DNA of 64,000 nt from Rebecca billardiae RCC1528 (taxonomy: Eukaryota > Protista > Haptophyta). The position numbers were made by a program, and so were the translations under genes. The stretch spans positions 186,001 to 250,000 of the forward strand of contig OZ251250.1 of NCBI GenBank assembly GCA_965240325.2, given 5' to 3'. The notes under the pieces were generated by a model. The model had not been told where the DNA came from. It saw nothing but the letters and a program-made list of their open reading frames with translations, and ran no database searches. Each line of letters starts with the position of its first letter. Position 1 is the first letter of the stretch. This document shows positions 33,923 through 43,257 of the stretch, piece by piece.

Positions 33923-34852
33923 ATGTCGCCGACCCCTCCGCTCGCCCAGCAGCGCAGCGACGACGGCGGCTTCGGCGTGCTCGGCGAGCAGACCAGCGTG
34001 CCCGAGAAGTACGACCCATCCGTCCTCTTCCCCGTCCCCAGGGACCGCGCCCGTCGCGCCTTCGGCCTCGCCGGCGCCGCGTCGCTCCCGTTCGAGGGCG
34101 AAGACGTCTGGAACGCTTACGAGCTCTCGTGGCTCGGGCCGAACGGCGTGCCGCGCCGCCACGTGCTCGAGCTGCGCATGGATCTGGGCTCGCCCAACCT
34201 CGTCGAGTCCAAGTCGCTCAAGCTCTACCTCAACTCGCTCAACAACCAGCGCTTCGAGTCGGACGCGGCGCTTCTCTCGACGATCCAGAACGATCTGAAG
34301 AACGTTCTCGGCGGCTGGTGGATCGGCGTGGAGCTCGCGCTGCACGGGCACGAGCACGCGGGGAGCGTGAGCGCGCGCGTGCCGCCCGCCGACACCTTCG
34401 AGTGCATCGACGCCGCCCTCGACGGCGCCGAGCTCAGCCCGGCCGTGCTGGAGGGCTCGGCGAAGGATGGCCCACGCCACCTCAAGCTGGCGCCGGGCGC
34501 GGACGCGGAGCCGGCGGTGACCGAGCGGCTGGTGTGCCACCAGCTGCGCACGCTCTGCCCGATCACGCGGCAGCCCGACTGGGGCAGCGTGTACGTCGAG
34601 TACGCCGGGCCCCGCCTCGACCGCGCCGCGCTCCTCACGTACATCTGCTCGCTCCGAAATACCGTCCTGCTGCACGAGCAGACCGTCGAAGCAATTTGGC
34701 TCGCGATCCATGGGGCGGCGCAGCCGACGGAGCTGCGCGTGACGGGGCGGTTCGCGCGGCGCGGGGGGATCGACATCAACCCGACGCGGCAGATGCGCGC
34801 GGCGGACGCGGTCAAGGCGGACGCGGCGGCGGCACCCCCGCCACCGCACTGA
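33923..34852 (+). CDS. queF: NADPH-dependent 7-cyano-7-deazaguanine (preQ0) reductase, bimodular (type II, YqcD-like)
   Basis: LG..T..P..YDPSVLFPVPR; PF.G.DVWNAYELSWL..NG.P; the QueF motif SPNLVESKSLKLYLNS; catalytic CPITRQPDWGS (C212, D219); HEQ (H251, E252); terminal RRGGIDINP.R. All type II QueF blocks are present in order. Confidence 0.96.
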   Translation: MSPTPPLAQQRSDDGGFGVLGEQTSVPEKYDPSVLFPVPRDRARRAFGLAGAASLPFEGEDVWNAYELSWLGPNGVPRRHVLELRMDLGSPNLVESKSLKLYLNSLNNQRFESDAALLSTIQNDLKNVLGGWWIGVELALHGHEHAGSVSARVPPADTFECIDAALDGAELSPAVLEGSAKDGPRHLKLAPGADAEPAVTERLVCHQLRTLCPITRQPDWGSVYVEYAGPRLDRAALLTYICSLRNTVLLHEQTVEAIWLAIHGAAQPTELRVTGRFARRGGIDINPTRQMRAADAVKADAAAAPPPPH

Positions 34853-35287
34853 ACCAACCCTTCGCGGCGGCCGACGCAAGAACGCTCGCTTTATATTGCG
34901 CGGTGCGCACAGACACGGCCGGCGGTCGCCACCCACAGCTGTACACGGGCGAGCGCCGAGCGGCGCGTCTCGCACGTACGCGCCCGGCTGGCTGGTCCGC
35001 GGCCCGTCCCCGGCCCGAAGCCGCGTGCGCCGGCACCGCATCGTCACGCTGGCGGGCCCGGCCGCCCGGACGCGTCAGCGCCGCTCAGTCCGGTCGGGGG
35101 CCACCCCGTTGCGGCCAGGGCAGATCGAGACCTTCCGCGTTCCGGCCGCCGGGTCCCGGTCCGCTGCCAGTACGGAGTGACGGACTACGGTCCGCTAACG
35201 CTTATTGATCGAGGCTCCGGCTTCGGTCCACCACCCCCAGTCCGGTCGTCACACTCACTCAGGACGAGCGCGAGTTACTGTTATACT

Positions 35288-36098
35288 CAGGGTTCGAGAA
35301 TTCGGTCCGAATGAGTAATGACCCACCCTTCGGATTCGGACCCCGAATTTCGGGGTCCGAATTTCGGGGTGGGCCACATCCGGACCCGAAATGTGGCCTC
35401 CCCGGTGGGCGGCTGGCCTGCAATGGCGTCGGCGGATTCGCGTGCCGTCGACGTCATGCCGTGCCCAACTAATATGCTCGCAGCGGCCGTGCCGGGCCAG
35501 CAGCTGGTGGTGTGGTTCGGTCAGAGCCCGGTACACCGATTGTCAGTGCAGTTTCGCGGTGCGGGGAACCGTGTCCGTGGTGACGCGCGTTGACCGGCAG
35601 CGCAACGGCAGCCGGTCTGTGGGCGCCGTGTTCTCGGACGGGGACACTGTCCTCGGCGCCAAGCCTGCCTTGACTTGACTCCTGCCATCTACTGAGTGGT
35701 TGGCGCGGCAAGCAGTAGGCACTGCCTGTGCTCGGCAGCGCTGCGGAGCCCGACTCGCACGGTGTGCTGAGCACAACGCCCGCGCGGGCGCGGACCGGCG
35801 GATGGGACCAGCCATTCGTCGAGATCGAGTCTGATCCTGATGTAGTTAGGGTGAGATCCATGGCTGTGCAGAACTGTGACATTCACTGCGTGCGGACTGG
35901 TGCTGGCGCAGTGACCGACTCACCGTCGCTGTTATGCCCGGGCACGCCACTGTGGCGTGCCATGCTGGGAGTCCGGATCACACGCCCCGACCCGGACAGC
36001 CAGAATTCCCCCCCGAAGATGGAGGCCAGAATTCGGATTCCCCCCCGAAAATTCCCCCCCGAACCATTCGGGCGGGGGGAATTCGGTCACGAACCCTG
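35288..36098. mobile_element. Non-autonomous hAT element, 811 bp, 8-bp target-site duplication
   Basis: Ends CAGGGTTCG / CGAACCCTG; perfect GTTATACT at 35280-35287 and 36099-36106; dense subterminal CCGAAT/ATTCGG motifs at both ends. Confidence 0.93.
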
Positions 36099-36572
36099 GT
36101 TATACTGTACTCTAAGCTATCAATATCGTCATCATACATCCGTCGTCGGCCGCATCCGATATTGACATAATCACTCACTATATATATATACTCAGTCACA
36201 ATAAGTCACAGCAGCATCAGCACGACTGACTATAGCAGTGACTACGTCTACAGTAGTCTAAGTACAGACTAGTCTCGACTGCGCGTCTGCGGTCTGCACG
36301 TCTGCCGCGTCGGCCCGCATCCGCCAATAATATATATAATTTTAATTATAAATTTTAATAACTCACGGGCGCAGAGACGCCAGACGGCACCGCCGTGGCG
36401 GCCGCGCCTGCCGCCAGCCTGCACACTAAATGGCTACGACTACATATGATATTGAGATGCTTATTTCCGAGCTGACGACGATGATGACTACGCCGCGCGA
36501 TGTTTGGCACGGCGTCGTGACGCGGTCGCGGGCGACCCCGGGGACGGTCACGGTGACGCGAGCGTCACCGTG

Positions 36573-38141
36573 TCACTTCCGATCCCGGTTGCGGCACCGC
36601 GGATGCGGCGTGCTGAATGTCTCGCTGGGAAGAGCAGACGAGCTGTCAGAATCGCATGGCGCGACCGAGAGCCAGTGCCCCGGCCGCTGCATGCGCGGCA
36701 GCTGCGCGATGCGCGTCGGCATGCCGAGCTGCTCGGTTTGAGCGGCCGCGCTCACGCCGTGGCCGAGGGCGCCCGACTGCACGCCGCACGAGTGCACGAC
36801 GCCGTCCGCCGTCACGAACAGCGTGTGCGCGTCGCCGAGCGAGCACGCCACCACGCGCTCGTGCGCGAGGCCGTGCGTGCGCTCTGGTGCGAGCAACTCG
36901 CCCGCCGGCTGCCCCAGGCCCAGCACGCCGCACCCGTTGTACCCGAACGTGTGCACGCGGCCGTCCGCGCCCACCACCGCGCTTCGGTAATAGGAGCCAG
37001 CGCTCGCGCGCACGGCGCGCACGCCCGCGAGCGCCTCGATGCGCTTGGGCGAGAACTGCGTCGCCTCGTCGTCGTGGCCGAGGCAGCCGCGCCAGCCCGC
37101 CCCGAACGAGTGCACGCCGCCCGCCGCGTCGACCACCAGGTTGTGGAAGACACCCGCGCTCACGTGCACGGCGCGCACGCCCGCGAGCGCCGTGATGCGC
37201 CTGGGCGCGTGCTGATGCTGCTCGTCGCCGTGGCCGAGGCGGCCCTCCGTGCCGTCGCCGCACGAGAAGACCGCGCCGCTCACCGAGAGGAAGAGCGAGT
37301 GCACGCAGCCCGCCGACGTCCCGCCGATCGGCACGCCGTCCAGCGCCTCGATGCGGCGCGGCTCCCACCGCTCCTCCGTGTCGCCGTGGCCGAGCTGGCC
37401 TTCGTTGTTGTCGCCCCAGCTGTACGCCGTGCCCGCCGCGCTGAGCGCGACGCTGTGGTAGGCGCCCGCGGCGATGTGGACAATGACCTGCCCGCTCAGC
37501 GCTTCGAGCGGTGCGAACGATCGCCGTGTCTCCGTGTCACCGAGCCCCAGCTGGCCGTGGTGGCTGTGGCCGCACACGTACACAGAGCCACACTCAGTGA
37601 GCGCGAGCAGGTGCTGCCAGCCCGCGGCGACGGCGCACACGCGCACCGACCCGAGCGAGGTCACGCGCGTGGGCACGAGCACGGCTTGCAGCTCAGGATG
37701 GCCCAGGGCGTCGACCGGCACGAACCGGCCCGTCCGTCCCCCCGCGTTGTCGTATTCGGTCACCTCGCCGCACGTGTGCAGACCGCCGTCCGCGTCCACA
37801 AAGGCGCTCATCGAGCCCTTGCCGAGACCGCCGCTCACGGCGACGCGCGCATGCTCGCGCGCGAGCTCGATCACGCGCTCGCGCGCGAGCAGCTTCTCCG
37901 TCCACGAGCACACGTCCGGAGGCAGCTCGGCCGGCAGGACGCGCAAATGGCCCCGGGCCTTGGCGCGCTCGCGCAGCGCAAACTCGACGGCCGAGCGGGT
38001 TCCGGGCGCGCCGCGGAAGAGGCGCGATGTTGCGTTGGCACTGGCGAGGTCTTGCGTTTGTGGCAAGCACGTCGTGATGCGTTCGATCACCTCGGGCGGC
38101 AGGTCCGCGAGCAAGAGTCGCCTGGAAGCGTTCACGGACAT
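36573..38141 (-). CDS. F-box + RCC1-repeat protein, copy A
   Basis: LLADLPPEVIERITTCL..QDLASANATSRLFR is F-box-like. It is followed by RCC1 repeats (IAAGAYHSVALSAAGTAYSWGDNNEGQLGHGD, etc.). Intronless. Confidence 0.9.
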   Translation of the reverse strand: MSVNASRRLLLADLPPEVIERITTCLPQTQDLASANATSRLFRGAPGTRSAVEFALRERAKARGHLRVLPAELPPDVCSWTEKLLARERVIELAREHARVAVSGGLGKGSMSAFVDADGGLHTCGEVTEYDNAGGRTGRFVPVDALGHPELQAVLVPTRVTSLGSVRVCAVAAGWQHLLALTECGSVYVCGHSHHGQLGLGDTETRRSFAPLEALSGQVIVHIAAGAYHSVALSAAGTAYSWGDNNEGQLGHGDTEERWEPRRIEALDGVPIGGTSAGCVHSLFLSVSGAVFSCGDGTEGRLGHGDEQHQHAPRRITALAGVRAVHVSAGVFHNLVVDAAGGVHSFGAGWRGCLGHDDEATQFSPKRIEALAGVRAVRASAGSYYRSAVVGADGRVHTFGYNGCGVLGLGQPAGELLAPERTHGLAHERVVACSLGDAHTLFVTADGVVHSCGVQSGALGHGVSAAAQTEQLGMPTRIAQLPRMQRPGHWLSVAPCDSDSSSALPSETFSTPHPRCRNRDRK

Positions 38142-40653
38142 CTCCTCCGCGCGTCGGTGGTTTTGGAGGAGGTGTTGTGCCTTTTGCGTGGTTTTGCCTC
38201 GGTTGCGATTCACCCGCAGCGGCGCATCAGGAACCGAACCGCCTTCAACGAATCTTCAATCTGCATCGTCTGCCGCGCATCGCTGCGGCAAACATATTTA
38301 TACGCGCGCGACCTTCAGAGTTGTAATCATCGTAGTGTCGCACTTGACGAGCGATATCTTCCCATCCAGATCGACACGCTCTCCTCAATATCTGACGACT
38401 CGCTAAATATCTGACGATTCGAGTCAACTCTAGAGGCCACTTCACCGAAATCCAGGTTGGGGAGGATCTCCGCTGCACTGGTGGGGAGGATGTCACCCTC
38501 CCCAGCCGTGGCGACGACAACTTCAGCACGCCAACCGTTTGCCCACTCGCTTTGGCGGTTGTCGAAAAATGGCACGGACCGACGTCCGACGACGACGACG
38601 ACGACGCAAGGCTTCCACGCTGGGAGCGGGGATGAATGGAGCAGATGGGCACCCAGGCCCAAGAAGGCGATGCCGTGAAGCAGAGATGATCGTCTGCAGC
38701 TGCTCAGAGTGCTCATCCACACACCGGCGGTACGCATCACCCCGACACGGATGCCTTGCGGCGCGTCAGCAGGTGATCCCATGGATGAGAATGGACGCGT
38801 GGCGGCGCTTCGCGAGACGGAGGTGATTGGCCGCGCGTGGTATCCCGGCTGTGTCGCAGGGCTCTGTCTGAACCGCCGATGTGCCATGGCAGCCCGCGCG
38901 ATCAAGGTGTTGGGCACAGGCGCTGGACGGCATGCACGACATGGGATGCGCCCGCGCGCACAACAGTGGTACCTGGCCGATCTACGACCCAGGCTCGAAC
39001 GCCGACGCTGAGGCAATGGGTTGGCTGGATGTTACCGTGTAAGCGACTGAGGTCGAGACCGCAAATATGTGCCCATCCAAAGCCGCGACGTGACCGTCGG
39101 CGTGCCCGACGACTGAACGAGCAACGTCGCAAGCTACACGCGTGTGGCAACCGTCAGGCATGAGAGCATGACAAGCAGCTTATGGCGTCAACTCCGCGCA
39201 GGAGCTGTGCGAGTACATTGATATACACATACGATACGCCACGGATGGCTTCGATGGCGAAAGGGAAGCAGTGGCAGCCCTCCTGAGCCTGATCATTGTG
39301 ATTTCTAGCAATGGGGTCCCTGTCGTCCGTGTCGGACACATGCTACGCGCGCGTGCGCGAGAGCGGCTGGAGCGGTGACGCCGGTGGGCTGGGGCGCCAA
39401 CGCCCCAGTCGCATGTTGGGGTGTACCTAGGCTCTCTATCTGCTAGCCACTTAGCTTGGTCCCAGGACCTTTCAGACTGACACTAGACCGAGAATTCGTC
39501 CGTCCTGCCTGGGAATTCTAGACACTTTCGTGTCGTGCCTCTCACTGCCGATGGCGGCCCCCACGTGCGCGCGAGGAGCGCGATTCATGCACTCCTCGGT
39601 GGCCGGTGAGTGCACGAATCCAGTTGCGGCGCTCGCCCGCCTCGGCGTTGTCGCACAAGAGGTACACCCAACACCATGGGTCGTATCCCAGAACTCTCCG
39701 CGCGCTCTGCGCCTGCGCGGCGAGCGCTTGCAGGCTTGTTCTCATCAATCATCTTGGCCAAGACTGCAGCCTGCCAGAAGCGCGAGGACGCGTGTGCATG
39801 CCTTTCCGCGCATTGTGGGTGCGCGTGGCACGCACCGTGCCATAGTATGCGACGAGCAGGCCTGAGCAACCAGCCCACCAACCTGTCGCGATCACGTGCA
39901 AACGGCAGGCGGCAGCTGCATGCAAGCGCACGCAACAGAAGCATCGCACGCTCGACAATGTAGTGGCGGCGGAGCGTGTAGAGCTGGTGGCAATTGCAGT
40001 CCATCTGTGTATCAACTGGATCGCTAACTGACACGGGTGCGAGGCGGCCAAGGCAGAGTGCTTGCAGAGGGCCTGCCGCAGCGGTTCGTGCCGCCGCTCG
40101 TCAGCTGCATCGACATCGTCACACACTGCCGTGCACCGCGAGGAACCCCTGTGGCAAGACGAAGCACCACGACAAGGCGTGAAGGCGAAACCGCATGTCT
40201 TGGCAACATCCTTCGCCCCAGCGCAGCGTCTCGACACGATAATGCGCCAATGACGTGCCGTCAGTACTCCAGACTGGCGCCGGCGCGCTCGCACCAGCGG
40301 GCAGCAAGCCGCCATTTTACCGCGTTTTGGAGGCGAATAGCCGAATACATGAATATTGCCGAATAATGTCGCTCGCGATGCTGGTCGGCCGATGATACAC
40401 ACTATGACTAACACAGTGTGATCGTCTGGCTACCGGATTTCCTGCCAATCTTCAGGGTGCCCGAAGCTGCTGCGGCGCATTACTCATTGGAGTGAGTGGC
40501 GAGCAGCGCCCGGCAGCGGCAGGCGTCGTCATCCTCACGTCCTGCCGAGTAAGTCCGCGGCGGGTCAGTCCGATGTCGCCACCGCAGCACTGTCAGACCG
40601 TCGGCGCGGCCGCCCTGAGTGCCCCGATCGGAAACGATATTAGAGCCGGAGGC

Positions 40654-42138
40654 TCATTGCGCGACCGAGAGCCAGTGGCCCGGCCGCTGCATGCGCGGCA
40701 GCTGCGCGATGCGCGTCGGCATGCCGAGCTGCTCGGTTTGAGCGGCCGCGCTCACGCCGTGGCCGAGGGCGCCCGACTGCACGCCGCACGAGTGCACGAC
40801 GCCGTCCGCCGTCACGAACAGCGTGTGCGCGTCGCCGAGCGAGCACGCCACCACGCGCTCGTGCGCGAAGCCGTGCGTGCGCTCCGGTGCGAGCACCTCG
40901 CCCGCCGGCTGCCCCAGGCCCAGCACGCCGCACCCGTTGTACCCGAACGTGTGCACGCGGCCGTCCGCGCCCACCACCGCGCTGCCGTAATAGGAGCCTG
41001 CGCTGGCGCGCACGGCGCGCACGCCCGCCAGCGCCTCGATGCGCTTGGGCACGAGCTGCGTCGCCTCGTCGTCGTGGCCAAGGCAGCCCCGGCACCCGCC
41101 ACCGAACGAGTGCACGCCGCCCGCCGCGTCGACCACCAGGTTGTGGAAGACGCCCGCGCTCACGTGCACGGCGCGCACGCCCGCGAGCGCCGTGATGCGC
41201 CTGGGCGCGTGCTGATGCTGCTCGTCGCCGTGGCCGAGGCGGCCCTCCGTGCCGTCGCCGCACGAGAAGACCGCGCCGCTCACCGAGAGGAAGAGCGAGT
41301 GCACGCAGCCCGCCGACGTCCCGCCGATCGGCACGCCGTCCAGCGCCTCGATGCGGCGCGGCTCCCACCGCTCCTCCGTGTCGCCGTGGCCGAGCTGGCC
41401 TTCGTTGTTGTCGCCCCAGCTGTACGCCGTGCCCGCCGCGCTGAGCGCGACGCTGTGGTAGGCGCCCGCGGCGATGTGGACAATGACCTGCCCGCCCAGC
41501 GCTTCGAGCGGTGCGAACGATCGCCGTGTCTCCGTGTCACCGAGCCCCAGCTGGCCGCGGTGGCTGTGGCCGCAGACAAACACAGCACCGCTGCCGCTCA
41601 GCGCGAGCAGGTGCTGCCAGCCCGCGGCGACGGCGCACACGCGCACGCTGGCGAGCGAGAGGACTCGCGTGGGCACGAGCACGGCGAGCAGCTCGGGGTG
41701 CCCCAGGGCGTCGGCCGGCACGAACCGGCCCGTCCGTCCCCCCGCGTTGTCGTATTCGGTCACCTCGCCGCACGTGTGCAGACCGCCGTCCGCGTCCACA
41801 AAGGCGCTCATCGAGCCCTTACCGAGACCGCCGCTCTCCACGACGTGCGCATGCTCGCGTGCGAGCTCGAGCACGCGCTCCCGCGCGAGCAGCTTCTCCG
41901 TCCACGAGCACACGTCCGGAGGCAGCTCGGCCGGCAGGACGCGCAAATGGCCCCTGGCCCGCGCGCGCTCGCGCAGCGCAAACTCGACGGCCGAGCGGGT
42001 TCCGGGCGCGCCGCGGAAGAGGCGCGATGTTGCGTTGGCACTGGCGAGGTCTTGCGTTCGTGGCAAGCACGTCGTGATGCGTTCGATCACTTCGGGCGGC
42101 AGATCGCCAAGCGAGAGGCGTGGCGCCGCCGATGTCAT
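40654..42138 (-). CDS. F-box + RCC1-repeat protein, copy B
   Basis: Near-identical to copy A at a constant 4000-bp offset; LGDLPPEVIERITTCL start; RCC1 repeats; ends earlier (WLSVAQ*). Confidence 0.9.
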   Translation of the reverse strand: MTSAAPRLSLGDLPPEVIERITTCLPRTQDLASANATSRLFRGAPGTRSAVEFALRERARARGHLRVLPAELPPDVCSWTEKLLARERVLELAREHAHVVESGGLGKGSMSAFVDADGGLHTCGEVTEYDNAGGRTGRFVPADALGHPELLAVLVPTRVLSLASVRVCAVAAGWQHLLALSGSGAVFVCGHSHRGQLGLGDTETRRSFAPLEALGGQVIVHIAAGAYHSVALSAAGTAYSWGDNNEGQLGHGDTEERWEPRRIEALDGVPIGGTSAGCVHSLFLSVSGAVFSCGDGTEGRLGHGDEQHQHAPRRITALAGVRAVHVSAGVFHNLVVDAAGGVHSFGGGCRGCLGHDDEATQLVPKRIEALAGVRAVRASAGSYYGSAVVGADGRVHTFGYNGCGVLGLGQPAGEVLAPERTHGFAHERVVACSLGDAHTLFVTADGVVHSCGVQSGALGHGVSAAAQTEQLGMPTRIAQLPRMQRPGHWLSVAQ

Positions 42139-43257
42139 GTCTGCTGGTGTTGAGTTCAGAGCTTGGTGCGTGTGAGGCCGCTGCTCGACGGGCGGCTGCC
42201 CAGGGGCGGGTGGGCGCGATGCGTTGCCCAAATATGCGTCGATTCGTGAAGCGCAATGAATGTTTTCGCGCGTCGTATGAGCTGCGCAAATCATGCCGAT
42301 TCGACCTGCGCTTGCCGCCCAATCGTGTGGAGCGGAGAGGTTCCCCAAAACGTCTTGTTCGTACTGACCTATGCAGATATTTGTGAGGTCGAGATTCAGG
42401 TGCGTGCGAGATGCATACGAGATGATGTTCTGGTGGCTTCGGGCTCCCCAATTTGACGAACAGCGAAGAATGGTTTCGTAAATATGACGTTCGGACTTTG
42501 GTGCGATTCACGAGCTTCCTCCCCGCTCCCCCAACTCCGTGGTCGTACCAGTCATTATTCGTGCGCTTGCCAGGCACTTTCCATATGAAGACCTATTGCT
42601 CAGAGCCAACTCCCTAGCATCCGCGATGCGTCGATGGATATTGGCGATATAAAACGGAGCACGGACCGTCTTTAAGCTGCGATAATCATCACCGTTGCCG
42701 CCCGCATATTGGCCATTAGAAAGCTGCGGTTCGATCGACGCACCCATTTAGTAGTTTAGAACCGTTCGCGACATGGAACGGAGGGCAGCTCATGAACGTC
42801 CTTTTAAAGCTTCGCCAATCAACCGGTGCAGCCCATATACGGGCGGTTGAGAAGTTCGGTCCCATCATACAGACCGTTCACATCCTGGACCGATTTAAAT
42901 CATCAGGCTTGTCGGGAATGTCGCAGAACGCGAGCAAAAGTAGGGGTAACCATTAGCGACCCTGTCCGAACGTGAGCAAAAGTACTACGGGTAACAAATT
43001 GGGAAGAAATATAATAAGAGTAAAGAGTTAGGTGTTGACCGTGGTCCGGTGGATGTCCGGATCGAACCCGAACCGACGGGGCGGCCGACGCGACGCGCGC
43101 GAAAAGGCCCAGGCGCGCTTTGTGGCACGCCTTCCGGTTCTCGCCCCGTCGCGCCCCGGCGCCCCGCACGCGTGAGCGCTACGCGCCGGCCGTGCGCTTG
43201 CTCCGGCAAGGCCAGCGCAACGGCGCACCCAGGCGCACCGGGCACGTTTCGGACGCC

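Noticed and set aside
33923-34852. queF as bacterial contamination, or as GTP cyclohydrolase I
   Set aside because: Composition matches the flanking intron-containing genes and there is no operon context. The ESKSLKLY and CPITxQPD motifs are QueF-specific and the GCH1 zinc-ligand pattern is absent. A chimeric assembly still needs a read-level check.
38400-40450. Gene or mobile element between the two RCC1 paralogues
   Set aside because: Only short broken ORFs; no TIR or target-duplication pair could be matched.
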